A DNA stretch of 64,000 nt from assembly GCA_964016885.1 (NCBI GenBank), contig OZ024753.1, positions 44,206,001 through 44,270,000 of the forward strand, in the 5' to 3' direction. Source of the DNA: Eledone cirrhosa. Taxonomy: Eukaryota. The position numbers were made by a program, and so were the translations under genes. Positions 25,190-39,747 of this stretch are shown here, one piece after another (position 1 is the first letter of the stretch; each line of letters starts with the position of its first letter). The notes under the pieces were generated by a model. The model did not search any database. It was given only the letters and a program-made list of their open reading frames with translations, and was not told where the DNA came from.

Positions 25190-26400
25190 CTCGAGTATAA
25201 TGACAAATTAACAGATTTCTCACTGTACTTTATTAATTAGATGTGGCAGAGTCATTAGAACACTGGATAGAATGTCTGTGCTATTCGTTTTAGCTCTCTG
25301 CTCTCTGAGTTCAAATCCTGCCAAGGTCAACTTTACCTTTCATCCATATAACATAGATTGATTCTGTTTGATCTGTTTGCGATAAAATGTAATTCAATGG
25401 TATATATCCAGTTTGAAACCAACATAGTCTTTTTTATTTACATACATTCTAATACTTTACAGAGGTACATTTTATCATGGTACCAGGGCTAGAGAGTGTA
25501 TCATGTCAGTGACAAACCTGAAGAATCCTTTCAGTGCTATCCTAATAGTTGATAAACAAGCATTGAAGTAAAAGCTGGGACATGCTTTTGACATTGCAAT
25601 AGATACAGAGCAACAAACTGAGTTCAAATTACTTTCTTTGTTGGTGATTTTGATGCCCCCAGAAAGACATATTTCAGCTCTAAGGCCTATTGAATTTGAG
25701 GAAACATGTTTAGATCAACCAGTTTTCATTGTTGCATCTATAGGACAGGCTATATTGTTCTACAATAGTCCTTCTGTAGTTTATACAACCTTTCTGTATT
25801 CCAATATCTATTGACAAATATTATATTTCCAGCATTGATGTGACAGGATTGAACCCATAAATATATGACTTATGAATTGGGTTGATTTTCTGTTTTGTGT
25901 TGGTTAAGAGAGAGAGAAATGGACTCATTGTTGGCCGAACTTAGCTTGCTAATAGTGATGAAGTAATATTAAATGGATATGACTCTATAAATCAAGGTTT
26001 TTGGCATCCTGCATTGGATCCTACCAATTCCATAGACTGAACAATGCTGTCTCCTATCAATGATGTTGTTGATTATATTTGAGGAAGATATCATCATATT
26101 TGGTTATGAAAGCACTTATAGAAGCTTTAATATCTGTGATTATGAAATTCCTAAACCCTTTGTGACAATATTTCTAATGAAAGACAGTTTATGTCTCTAC
26201 TTTCATTACCATATTTCTAATGAAAGACACTGCTTATAGGTTTTAAATATTTAGCAAAATAATCAAGATTATATATGTATTTAGTAATACCTACAAATAC
26301 ATAACATCTTTCTCATTATTAAGCTGCTGTTTGGAGTGTAACTTAACAAAGGTTCTTCCATAAAATTATGATGGAAAGTTTTTAATCAAATATATACACT

Positions 26401-26652
26401 TTAAACCTTTAACATTTACATTACTCTATATATACTATTGTAATTTCACGGTAAAGGCTTTATCTGATGCAAGTAGTTTTTTCCATGGTTCAGCAACTCT
26501 GAGCGTGAAAAAATGTTTCCGAAAGTCATGGGAGCTGTGCTGTTTTCTGACTGTAAGATAAAGCCTTTTATGACTTCTGATTATGTAAGATAAAGCCTTT
26601 ACCACAAAAATACAATAGTATATATAGATTAATGTACATGCTAAAGGGTTAA
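26401..26652. mobile_element. Symmetric MITE family 1 derivative (two right ends) enclosing a CR1 fragment
   Basis: 26401-26464 and ~26588-26652 are inverted copies of the same MITE end; the interior translates (-) VRKQHSSHDFRKHFFTLRVAEPWKKLLAS. Confidence 0.7.
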
Positions 26653-27574
26653 TCAACATCCACCCACCCTCCCTTAAAATTGCTGGCCTTGTGCTAAAAG
26701 TAGAAACAATTATTTTCTTGCAGTTTGTTTAATATTGCAGTAATGTTTCAAATTTGGTTCATGTAATTTAGAATTTAAAATATACCCCAATAACTCTATA
26801 ATTCTGGATTATACATGTTGGAAAGTTTGTTTATTTTTAATATCATAGAAATATTTTCTTTTTCTTTTTCGTTCCCTTTTTATTTTTTCTAGAAAATGTT
26901 TTGATTTCATTACATAAAAAAAATCTCCTTAATCAAATTCCTTACCATATCTTTCTGTGGTTTCCTAAAACATTTGAAATTAAAATCTATTATACATTCA
27001 GATTGTTGTTGTTCTCCCTTTCTTTTATTTTCTCCTGCATTTCATTTTCAAGGTTCAAAAAACACTTTTTATTTGAATTTGCTTTTGTGAAATATATTTC
27101 TCTTATTATTTTAGTTTCTTTTCACATTTCAAATTCCTATAACCAATTCCGAAATTCTTGTTTAGCTTTATAACCAAAAGCAACATTTTCTCGAGTCATT
27201 TGCATTGCTTCAAAATATGGCATAATTTTATCAACTAAAATTATTTTTTCTCCTTTCTTCTGTCTTAAGTATGCCAGCAATATTATCTGGTAATGCCTCG
27301 CTCTTTATTTCTGTCTTTATCACTCTCTATCTTCTTCTTCTTCTTCTTCTTTTTCTTTTTTTTCTTTTTCTTCTTTTTTTTTCTTCTTCTTCTTCTTCTC
27401 CCCCCCCCCCACCATCAGTTCTGCTCCTCTTTGTACACCCCCCATACACATTTCTGTACCTTACTCCATAACTCATGTCATACCTTCTCCCACAAACCCA
27501 CTATTTCATTCTCTCTCTCTCTCTCTTTCTATACACATATATATATTCATATATAATTCTTTCTCTTTCTACAA

Positions 27575-27641
<67 letters not shown>

Positions 27642-27749
27642 AATAAATATAAATAAACATATATGTGTGTGTGTGTATATATATATTATATGAATATATA
27701 ATTATATACATTCACACACATATATACATATGCTTATATGCATACACCT

Positions 27750-27839
<90 letters not shown>

Positions 27840-28274
27840 ATATATGTATACATATATATATATTTATTCATACATACATACATACATAAATTCATATACA
27901 CATTTTTCTATTTTCACTCTTTATTCCTTATTACAATATTCAAATATGTCTCTCCATACAACTCATTACCATACCATTTCAATAAAAATCCTGTCATCAT
28001 AACACCACATTTTACAATTATTTTTATTTTACCTTTCATTTTTATTTAGTTATTAATTTTTTTTTTTTTTTTGGCCTTATACTTATATGTTTAGTTTTAA
28101 GTTAACTGCCAGTTGTGATATGGTGCAGTGGGTAGAGTGTTTGGCTCAGGATTGTAAGGTTCTGAGTTCAATTTCTGCTAGTATGTTGTCATGACAAATA
28201 CACCCTGTCCAAAATGTCAAAATTGCATTAGGAAGGGCATGCAGCTGTAGAAACTAAACTAGAATCAGTTCTGT

Positions 28275-29002
28275 TTAACCCTTTAATGTTCAAACTGGCC
28301 AGAACTCTCTACCTCTTTCTGTTGAAACTGGCCGAAACTGGCCCTTCATACTGATGTTAAGGTATTGTTCTCAAAATAAATACTTTCAAAATCTCATAGA
28401 TTTCATATTATGTGAGATAATTATGCTAGGTAAAGCCTTTACCATGAAAATATAATAGTATATATAGAGTAATGTAAATGTTATGTGAGATAATTATGCT
28501 AGGTAAAGCCTTTACCATGAAAATATAATAGTATATATAGAGTAATGTGATTGTTATGTGAGATAATTATGCTAGGTAAAGCCTTTACCATGAAAATATA
28601 ATAGTATATATAGAGTAATGTGATTGTTATGTGAGATAATTATGCTAGGTAAAGCCTTTACCATGAAAATATAATAGTATATATAGAGTAATGTGATTGT
28701 TATGTGAGATAATTATGCTAGGTAAAGCCTTTACCATGAAAATATAATAGTATATATAGAGTAATGTGATTGTTATGAGAGATAATTATGCTAGGTAAAG
28801 CCTTTACCATGAAAATATAATAGTATATATAGAGTAATGTAAATGTTATGTGAGATATTATGTGAGGTAAAGCCTTTACCATGAACATATAATAGTATAT
28901 ATAGAGTAATGTGATTGTTATGTGAGATAATTATGCTAGGTAAAGCCTTTACCATGAACATATAATAGTATATATAGAGTAATGTGAATACTAAAGGGTT
29001 AA
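28275..29002 (+). mobile_element. piggyBac-like MITE family 1 with 8 x 72-73 bp internal tandem array
   Basis: TTAA-CCCTTTA ... CTAAAGGG-TTAA; AAAGCCTTTAC at 28432, 28505, 28578, 28651, 28724, 28797, 28869, 28942. Confidence 0.85.
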
Positions 29003-29129
29003 GAAAGACATGGTTACCTGATCTGGCATTGTTCACATAGAGACAACTTGTCTAATTAATGCTAGCATGGAAAAATAAACGTTAAACGGTGATAACAATC
29101 ATGATGATGCTGTGTTGTTCAGCAAGACA

Positions 29130-29438
29130 CAGGGCCGGATTTAATGGAGGGGTGGTATAGGGGGTAATTCCCTCTCCCCCTCCTGCAGTGAGGGCAGCCA
29201 CCACCAGTGATGGTCGTAGCAATTTATTTGTACCCTCAGCTGGGCTTTTTAGTTTTAGGATGGTGACATTTTTTAAATTTATACCTGTATGTATAACTTT
29301 TCAATTCCAATTACTTGTACCAAGATAACTTTGGATATGTAAAATTGGGAGGTTTGCTGTGTATTCTAATTCTTTGTGTATGAAGGGGCCCACAAACCTG
29401 AAATTCCCCAGGGCCCCTAAGGTCTAAATCGAACCATG
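29130..29438. mobile_element. hAT-like MITE, decayed
   Basis: CAGGGCCGGATTTA ... TAAATCGAACCATG imperfect TIRs, subterminal GGGCCC motifs; TSD only partly retained. Confidence 0.55.
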
Positions 29439-30510
29439 GCAACATTTTGGTTTTGCCAGGGTTGGTACCAAAAGAGTTAACATTGTACAGATTCACATTT
29501 GTCTGTTTATTGTTTCTTTTCTATAATATTTGGTAATATTTGAAGACCAATTGAGGCCCCAATCAAATATGAACTTAAGGTTTTAACTATAACAAATGTA
29601 CACCAACATTAATATAATAAAAACCACTTCATATTTCTATTCTTCGCATTAATGGTTTTTCGCGTAATTGCTTGTAATTATTTGAATTTGCAAACTTATC
29701 AAATAAACACTCAAGGATAAGCTGTATATTTCAAGTATTAAACAAAAATATAACTGAACTCACAAGAAAAAAATTTATATAGACTTTTTATTTATCTTCA
29801 TTTTTCATTATAAAAGGTGATTTTTTTTTCCATTGGGAAAATTACTCACCTCTTGCATAATTCTTGCAAATAAAAGTCTGAAAGAAAACATAATTAATAT
29901 AATTGTTGATGTTGTTGTTGTGATTGTTGATGTTGATGTTGTCATTGTTGTTGTTGATGTTGTTGTCATTGTTGATGTTGCTGTTGTCGTTGTTGTTGTT
30001 TCATTAAGCATCTCCTCTCTCATCGTTTGTAAAGTGTGGCCATTTAATATCAAGTTACTTTCATATATGCCACTTCTGTCATTCTTCTTCATACTAATTC
30101 ACTAATTAATTATCCAAGTAATCAAGGCACTAAATACTAATTATTAAATAATCAGAATGTAGAAATTCTCTACAATCTTTCAATATGCAAGGTGTTTAAT
30201 TTACAGACATAAGGTCATGAGTTCGAATCCCAGCAATCACTTACCTGGAACAAATGATAAGATTGTGAGGGTCTGGAAACATCGATAAAATTTTGGACTT
30301 TGTCATTTCTTGTTCCAAAAGAACTAAAGAAGCCTTACTAGAAAATATGTGAAGGTCTAATAAAGATACTGTAACTCAAAAATAGTTATGTCTTCAACAA
30401 CACAAGTTAGTAACAAAAGTAGGTTTTCCTCATATATTTACACACACATATATATATGTATATATGGCCTTCACTATATTTACTGTTCTCTCTCTCCCTC
30501 GCCTCTCTCT

Positions 30511-30511
30511 C

Positions 30512-30590
<79 letters not shown>

Positions 30591-30594
30591 ATAC

Positions 30595-30644
<50 letters not shown>

Positions 30645-30669
30645 ATACATATATATTATTATATATATG

Positions 30670-30732
<63 letters not shown>

Positions 30733-30837
30733 ATGTATATATATATATATATGTATATACATATATATATGTATATATATATGTATATATATATGTATAT
30801 ACATATATATATGTATATATATATGTATATACATATA

Positions 30838-30881
<44 letters not shown>

Positions 30882-30920
30882 CATATATATATGTATATAT
30901 ATGTATATATATACACACAC
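30511..30920. repeat. Long compound (TA)n microsatellite, representative of many such tracts (e.g. 9893-10008, 12945-13205, 13570-14240, 36283-36825, 49720-50275)
   Basis: Direct inspection. Confidence 0.98.
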
Positions 30921-32469
30921 ATGTTGTAAAAGCACTTATGTGTGTGTATTTTTCAACCGAAAGAGAATAAAAAAAAAAAATCCTATTGTATAAATTATTT
31001 ACTTCAAAGGAAAACAAGAATCTTGTGCATATGAAAAGTTAATAAAGTTAAAAATTGTTTTAAAAATAACTCTCAACATTTTATTTTTTTATATTTTAGT
31101 TTTTGAATGTTAAAAGTGATTTATACCAACAAATGTAAAAAAAAAGACCACATGCTATTATGAATCAATTTTGGTAAATTCTGTATAAAAATAGGAAATA
31201 TCAAAGTGTTAGGATTAGCTTCTAAAGGAAACCCAAATTTACATTTTCGCAGTGTTTTAGCAATTTTTCTTCTCAAAATAGGAGACATATAAAGAACACT
31301 TAAAATCCTGAGTTATTCTGTTATTTTCTTAGTAATATCACTATTATCCAACAAGGTTGGGCTGAGGGATTGTGGATAAAAAGGTTTGTTATGGAAAAGC
31401 TGATCTTGCTAAGTGCTCCCAAGTACATCATATTTTAAATACCCTAAAATATGGTATTAGTTATAAGGAAAATATTTTTAAAATAAAATGGTTTAAACTG
31501 TTATATCTAATGACCTACTAAAATATATTTTGTATTGAAAAATGTATTTAAGTGGTTCTGAGAAGCTGACAAACACGTATGTTCCAGAATGATTTAGTTT
31601 CTTTATTAAAAACTAATAGCAAATAAATAATTACTATATACGATTGTGTGTGTGTTACACCAATAAATAAGTTATTTATCCATTTTATATTCAATATTTA
31701 CAATGTACCATATATTTTTAATTGAAATTGTGCGTGTCCACTAGATACCTCATACCTATATATGGCTTATACACTATTAACAATGTACCATATAGTTGTG
31801 ACTGGTAGATAGTACTAGCAATGGAAATACCAATGGAGACATCGTTTCTTTGGTCCGATTATAGATTTCATATCTTAAGAGGTCATCTCCAAAATATATT
31901 TACTGCCAGAGCACACCAATTATAAAATTAAGTTTGAACATCAGGCATCTTATATTTACATCTCTATCATACTAGAACATGAGATATTGCTTTTAAGCAT
32001 TTGATCTGCTGTTTCCTTTATATGTGACTAGACTGCTTACATAAAGCTGCCGATGGATAATTAGTGACAACAACAACAACAGCAACAATAATAACTATTT
32101 CTCAGATCTCAATATTAAAATCTTTAATGCTAATTAATCAGAAGAATGCAACGGCTTTAATAATCATTCACCACTTGTCACAACTTACATCATTAAATAT
32201 TTTGGGCAAGCACATTACCAATTTCTTGAAGTATTTAATTAAAATTTTCCCAGTATACTACAAGTATCTGTCTGATAATGAAAATCATTAAAACAAATAG
32301 GAATCACATTTGAGTGAATTGTAAGAATTTCACATTGTAAATCTTACTAGAAATGTCTTTGGGATTATGACGGCACCGTTTCCAATCTTTCAAGCACCTT
32401 TCTAGACTCACGTGTGGTTTGGAGAATTTAAGAAAGATTATTGAAGTATTTGAGATAGGCATGGAATAA

Positions 32470-32825
32470 TTATAATGTTTCTACTTTTGGCACAAGGTCA
32501 GCAATTACCCCAGTGTATTACTGGTACTTTATTTTATCGACCCCGTAAGGATGAAAGGCAAAGTTAACCTCGGCAGGATTTGATCCCAGAATGTAAAGGG
32601 CCGTAATTCGATGCTGCCAAGCATAAAATACGACCCTCTACCGGTACTGCCAATCCACCACCCTGTAATAATAATAATGATTTCTACTATATGCACAAGG
32701 CCAGCAATTTTGGGAGAGGGGAAAGTCGATTAATTTGAGCTCAGTGCTAAACTGGTGCTTTATTTTGTTGACCACCCTCTCCCCCTTCTGGAAGGATGAA
32801 TGGCAAAGCTAACCTCAGCAGGATT
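32470..32825 (-). mobile_element. Two adjacent SINE family B copies
   Basis: Full copy at 32470-32664 and an older partial copy at 32675-32825. Confidence 0.85.
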
Positions 32826-32959
32826 AAAAAACCACACCGTGCTTACATTAAGAAGACAATAAATACAGCACAGGATGGTTCTGATCAATTTTATCAATTG
32901 AAAGCTTTTGGTAGGGTCAACTGTCAATACTCAGAACCTATCCTCAACATAACTAGTGT

Positions 32960-33340
32960 TGGAAAAAACTTAAGACAGATATATTCTTCTATGGTTTATC
33001 CTTATCAACTATTTCAATTTCCCCTCTAATTACTATATGGTTGTGATGTGAACACCTTAACTACACTGTCAAGACTGTTCCTTTAATCAATATATAATTG
33101 TCTTCTCATTTGATGACAAGACACTTTGATTTAATAGATATCTTCTATTGCATTTACGTCCATCAGTTTGATTTCTCCTCACATCCAAGTGGAAAATATT
33201 CCCCGACAGTGAGCCAATTCCTGGTTAGTCCTGACTAATCTTCCCCAAAATGTCTTTCCGCTTCAGCAACATTCTTCACAGTTCTTGCTTCACCTAAATA
33301 GAATGCCATGTAATTTATCTCAGAATAAGTCTATTAATTA
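32960..33340 (-). pseudogene. Possible heavily decayed LINE ORF2 fragment
   Basis: Weak residual motifs (CNRRYLL..SNE; LEGKLK) with many stops. Confidence 0.3.
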
Positions 33341-34083
33341 TCGTGAAGAAGAAAACTTCCAGTATGTTCTATTCTTACAACATTATTCTTGGAACTTGGA
33401 GTGACATCATCACCACTATCATCATCATCATTGTCACCACTATCATCATTGTGATCACCATCATCATTATCATCATCATCATTGTCATCATCACCACCAT
33501 CATCATCACCATCAACATCATCACCAACATCATCATCATTACTATCACCAGCACTACTAGATTTTAGTTAACTAAGATTTACATTCTAATAGAGAACTCA
33601 CATGATGCACAGTCACACACACACATACACACACTCACAGACACATACACACACACACACACAGACACACACTCACACACTCACAGTCACACACACTCAC
33701 AGTCACACACACACTCACACAGACACAGACACATACTCACACACACACAGACACACACACAGACACACACACAGACACACGCACACACACACATACATAC
33801 ACACACACACACTCACACACACACACACACTCACACACACTCACACATACACATACACACACTCACATACTCACAGACACACACACACTCACAGACACAC
33901 ACACACACACACACAGACACACACACACTCACACACACACAGACACACAGACACACACACACTCACACACACTCAGACACACACTCACACAGACACACTC
34001 GCACAGACACACACTCACACACACTCACACACACAGACACACTCACACAGATACACACACAGTCAGACACACACTCACACAGA

Positions 34084-34283
34084 NNNNNNNNNNNNNNNNN
34101 NNNNNNNNNNNNNNNNNNNNNNNNNNNNNNNNNNNNNNNNNNNNNNNNNNNNNNNNNNNNNNNNNNNNNNNNNNNNNNNNNNNNNNNNNNNNNNNNNNNN
34201 NNNNNNNNNNNNNNNNNNNNNNNNNNNNNNNNNNNNNNNNNNNNNNNNNNNNNNNNNNNNNNNNNNNNNNNNNNNNNNNNNNN
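34084..34283. other. Assembly gap (200 N) inside a CA-rich tract
   Basis: Run of N. Confidence 1.
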
Positions 34284-34776
34284 CACACATACACACATAC
34301 ATACATACACACATACATACACACATATACACATACATACACATATCCATACACACACACACATACATACACACACACATACATACACACATATACACAT
34401 ACATACACATATACATACAAACACCAGAGATACTCCTACCACAACCCTTGTGGGAGGTTGAAATAAAACTTATGTTTTATTTTAACTAATACGTCAACAA
34501 TATCTGTCTCCGTCTGCTTATCTCTCTGTATGTATGTTTATGTGTGTATGTGTGTGTTTGTGTGTGTATGTGTGTGTTTATGCGTGTGCCTGTCTCCCTC
34601 TCTCTCCATCCCATTCTCTCAATGTGTGTTTGAGTGTCTTTGTGTGTGTATGTGTATGTTTGATTATGTGTATGTATGCATGTGTGTGTGTAATAAGACA
34701 ATGACATTGGATTGAGACCTTTGGTGCCATACAGTTGTACAGAAGACCTGACTATCATTGCATACAAACCTACAGT

Positions 34777-35916
34777 CAGTAGGCACCTCTTAACTCAATG
34801 TACACCCCACTGCCACACCCTACCACATCCTCCCACTCCCGTTCCATCCACTGTGTCGATGACACAACAGTCCACATTGTCAATGACACAACAGTCCACA
34901 TTGTCAATGACACAACAGTCCACACTGTCGATGACACAACAGTCCACACTGTCGATGACACAACAGTCCACATTGTCAATGACACAACAGTCCACACTGT
35001 CGATGACACAACAGTCCACATTGTCAATGACACAACAGTCCACATTGTCAATGACACAACAGTCCACATTGTCAATGGCACAACAGTCCACACTGTCGAT
35101 GACACAACAGTCCACATTGTCAATGACACAACAGTCCACACTGTCAATGACACAACAGTCCACACTGTCGATGACACAACAGTCCACATTGTCAATGACA
35201 CAACAGTCCACACTGTCGATGACACAACAGTCCACATTGTCGATGACACAACAGTCCACATTATCGATGACACAACAGTCCACATTGTCAATGACACAAC
35301 AGTCCACATTGTCAATGACACAACAGTCCACACTGTCAATGACACAACAGTCCACACTGTCGATGACACAACAGTCCACACTGTCGATGACACAACAGTC
35401 CACATTGTCGATAACACAACAGTCCACACTGTCGATGACACAACAGTCCACATTGTCAATGACACAACAGTCCACACTGTCGATGACACAACAGTCCACA
35501 TTGTCGATGACACAACAGTCCACATTATCGATGACACAACAGTCCACATTGTCAATGACACAACAGTCCACATTGTCAATGACACAACAGTCCACATTGT
35601 CAATGACACAACAGTCCACATTGTCGATAACACAACAGTCCACATTGTCGATAACACAACAGTCCACATTGTCGATAACACAACAGTCCACACTGTAAGG
35701 GGGCCGTGTAGAGACACGGTAAAAAGGCTCCCAGTCACACTGTAAATATGGTTGGTGTTAGGAAGGGCATCCTGTAAAAAACCTGCCAGAGAAAAACTCG
35801 CCGTCCGTGAGCGAGACATGGTCTCTCGACCATTCCCACATCAAATGGAGCAAAACCATCTAACCCATGCTAGTGTGGAGAGATGGACGTTAAATGATGA
35901 AGATGATGAAGATGAT
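34777..35916 (+). mobile_element. Family C copy containing an expanded minisatellite
   Basis: 5' part resembles 10463-10520; 3' part (35685-35916) matches 10610-10835. Confidence 0.75.
34851..35696. repeat. 24-bp minisatellite, ~35 units
   Basis: Unit GACACAACAGTCCACA(T/C)TGTC(A/G)AT. Confidence 0.97.
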
Positions 35917-36157
35917 GTGAGAAAAATACATTTAAAAACAAGATGGCTTTCTCAGAAAATGGTCAGAAAATGATTCAATATTAATTGGAGCTATGACAAC
36001 AATATATGTCCAGTCATAGAAACGATGTCAAATATGGAAGATGTGAGCTGGATGAGGTCACCTGAATAGTTTAGCTTAAAAGTATGATAACCCATCTAAC
36101 ACATGCAAACATGGAAAAATGGTAAACGGTGATGATATATATATATATATGTATGCA

Positions 36158-36193
<36 letters not shown>

Positions 36194-36277
36194 GATATAT
36201 GCATAGACACACACATATATATATATATATAGTATGTATGAGAGAGTAATAAACATTTATACATAATACATTCGCAC

Positions 36278-36332
<55 letters not shown>

Positions 36333-36334
<2 letters not shown>

Positions 36335-36394
36335 AGAAAGTATGACCCCGACGGCAGAGCTCAAGCCGTTTCGACGGACTAAAGTAAGAGTTTT
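36333..36394 (-). mobile_element. 3' half of a hammerhead-like motif inserted in (TA)n
   Basis: Minus strand C-GAAA-CGGC-ttGAGCTCt-GCCG-TC-GGGGTC; CUGAUGA half absent; TA tracts on both sides. Confidence 0.5.
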
Positions 36395-36471
36395 ATATGT
36401 ATATGTGTATATATATATGTGTGTATATATATGTATATGTGTATATATATGTATATGTGTATATATATATG

Positions 36472-36509
<38 letters not shown>

Positions 36510-36540
36510 CACATACACACATATATACATACACACACAC

Positions 36541-36580
<40 letters not shown>

Positions 36581-37249
36581 ATACATACATATGCATACAT
36601 ACATACATACATATATATATATATATACATACATATACATACATAAATACATACATACATATAAATACATACATACATACATATATACACACATACATAT
36701 ATATACATATAAATACATACATAAATACATACATAAATACATACATACATAAATACACACATACATATATATATACACACATACATACATACATATATAC
36801 ATATACATACATATATATTTATACATGAATATAAAGATGTTGACATGATAAGAATAGGATGTTATCACCGTTGTCGATTATAACAAAATCTCTGATATTC
36901 TAACATTGAAGGAAGCTAAAGATGAAACAAAACTGTTGACATTATCTGTAACAGTTAAAGTAATTTATGTTGGAAATACGCAATAGAAATCCTGTATCAA
37001 CGAAGCAGAAAATTTAGTAATTTATCTTTCTTGTGCAGTGACCACATCTAGTAGATAGACTCCGGTGTGGAGTGTATAAGGAAGCTATATCTTTGAACTA
37101 AGCAGTTTAACTATTTTCATTCTGTATTGACCAGACATGATGATGACTAAATCAATCGAATAAAATTATATAATGATATTGTAACACAAATGGATAACAT
37201 AGTGACCCTGTTAGTTCAGCTAAACAATACCTTGGTTGGCTATAAAGTT

Positions 37250-37645
37250 AGAGAGGGAGTGAGTGAGGGATTGGGGGAGAGAGATGTATATATGTATATA
37301 TGGAGAGAGAGTGGGAGAGAGTGAGGGAGAGATGTATATATGGAGAGAAGAGAGAGGAAGTGAGAGAGAGAGTGAGTGAGTGAGGGAGAGATGTATATTT
37401 GGAGAGAGAGTGGGAGAGAGTGAGGGAGAGATGTATATATGGAGAGAGAGAGGAAGTGAGAGAGAGAGTGAGTGAGTGAGGGAATGAGGGAGAGATGTAT
37501 ATATGGAGAGAGAGTGGGAGAGAGAGAGAGAGAGAGACTGATATATATATATATATATGGAGAGAGAGAGAGAGTGAGTGAGTGAGGGAATGAGGGAGAG
37601 ATGTATATATGGAGAGAGTGGGAGAGAGAGGAAGTGTGTGAGAGA
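37250..37645. repeat. GA-rich compound tandem repeat
   Basis: Recurrent GAGGGAGAGATGTATATATGGAGAGAGAG. Confidence 0.85.
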
Positions 37646-37754
37646 GTTACACACACACACACACAGATATATATATATATATAGAAAGAGAGAGTGTTGA
37701 GACAGTATATATATATATATCTCACTCTCTCTCTCTATATATATATATATAGAG

Positions 37755-37789
<35 letters not shown>

Positions 37790-38017
37790 ATTCTCTCTCT
37801 CTCTCTCTATATATATAGAGAGAGAGAGAGTGAGACATATATATATATATCATCCCACCCTTGCAAGCAGGGAAAAACAGATGTAAAATGATGATGATGA
37901 TATATATACACAGAGAGAGAGAGAGAGAGCGAGAGAGAGAAAGGATGAGAGAGAGAGAGAAAGGACAAGAGAGAGAGAGAGAAAGGACGAGAGAGAGAGA
38001 GAGCGAGAGAGAGAAAG

Positions 38018-38061
<44 letters not shown>

Positions 38062-38269
38062 TGAGAGAGAGAGAGAGAGAGAAAGGACGAGAGAGAGAGA
38101 GAGAGAGAGAGAAAGGACGAGAGAGAGAGAGAGAGAGAAAGGACAAGAGAGAGAGAGACAGAGCTTGCCTTCTATATTGTTGTTTTTCTCAGCTCAACTG
38201 AGAGATAAGTCAATAGTTAAACCTCTCTTCAGTATAAACTTTTACATGAAATCAATTGAAGGACTATCT

Positions 38270-39172
38270 GTGTATGTGTGTGTATGTGTGTAGGTGTGTA
38301 GCTGTATCTGTCAGTATGTGTGTGATTGTGTGTATGATTATGTGACTGTGTATGTGTGCAGGTGTGTAGCTGTATCTGTCAGTATGTGTGTGATTGTGTG
38401 TATGATTATGTGACTGTGTATGTGTGTAGGTGTGTAGCTGTATCTGTCAGTATGTGTGTGATTGTGTGTATGATTATGTGACTGTGTATGTGTGTAGGTG
38501 TGTAGCTGTATCTGTCAGTATGTGTGTGATTGTGTGTATGATTATGTGACTGTGTATGTGTGTAGCTGTATCTGTCAGTATGTGTGTGATTGTGTGTATG
38601 ATTATGTGACTGTGTATGTGTGTAGGTGTGTAGGTGTGTAGCTGTATCTGTGTGTGATTGTGTGTATGATTATGTGACTGTGTATGTATGTAGGTGTGTA
38701 GCTGTATCTGTCAGTATGTGTGTGATTGTGTGTATGATTATGTGACTGTGTATGTGTGTAGGTGTGTAGCTGTATCTGTCAGTGTGTGTGTGATTGTGTG
38801 TATGATTATGTGACTGTGTATGTGTGTAGGTGTGTAGCTGTATCTGTCAGTGTGTGTGTGATTGTGTGTATGATTATGTGACTGTGTATGTGTGTAGGTG
38901 TGTAGCTGTATCTGTCAGTATGTGTGTGATTGTGTGTATGATTATGTGACTGTGTATGTGTGTAGGTGTGTAGCTGTATCTGTCAGTATGTGTGTGATTG
39001 TGTGTATGATTATGTGACTGTGTATGTGTGTAGGTGTATAGCTGTATCTGTCAGTATGTGTGTGATTGTGTGTATGATTATGTGACTGTGTATGTATGTA
39101 GGTGTGTAGGTGTGTAGCTGTATCTGTGTGTGATTGTGTGTATGATTATGTGACTGTGTATGTATGTGTGTG
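38270..39172. repeat. ~68-bp GT-derived compound tandem repeat, ~13 units
   Basis: GTAGCTGTATCTGTCAGTATGTGTGTGATTGTGTGTATGATTATGTGACTG recurs at ~68-bp period. Confidence 0.95.
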
Positions 39173-39643
39173 TTTTAAGTCCTAAAGGAGAAGTTACGTT
39201 AGATATAGAAATATTGCTAGAAAGCTAATTAAACCATTCTTTGGTGAGATTTGTCGCTAATCATCATCATCACCATCATCATCACCATCATCATCACCAT
39301 CATCATCATCATTATCATCACCATCATCACCATCATCACCATCATCATCATCACCATCATCACCACCATCATCATCATCACCATCATCATCATCCTTATA
39401 ATCACCATGGGATCACCAAATGTGGTTTATTTTTCAACATGATTCCTGCGAAGAAACAATGTAGTTATTAATAAGAAGAGTTGAAATTAATGCATGCAAG
39501 AATTCACAGCTTTAGCATCACTCATTCATAGTCAGCCTATGAAATTTTCAGCCCATCTCATACATATATATATAGTAATAATAAAATTGAAGACTAAAAT
39601 CCAAAGAAAAATATATATCAAATATATAAGAACCGTAGAGCAA

Positions 39644-39747
39644 ATATTTATTAAAATAACAGATTAAAGTTTAAGCAAAGAATCGCTGCTTTCACCCTTA
39701 AGGGTGAAAGCAGCGATTCTTTGCTTAAACTTTAATCTGTTATTTTA

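Noticed and set aside
30388-31017. YI/HT/CV-rich ORFs here and throughout the window
   Set aside because: Translations of dinucleotide microsatellites.
34712-35819. 298-347 aa ORFs as real CDS
   Set aside because: Produced by a stop-free 24-bp repeat open in several frames on both strands, inside a retroposon.
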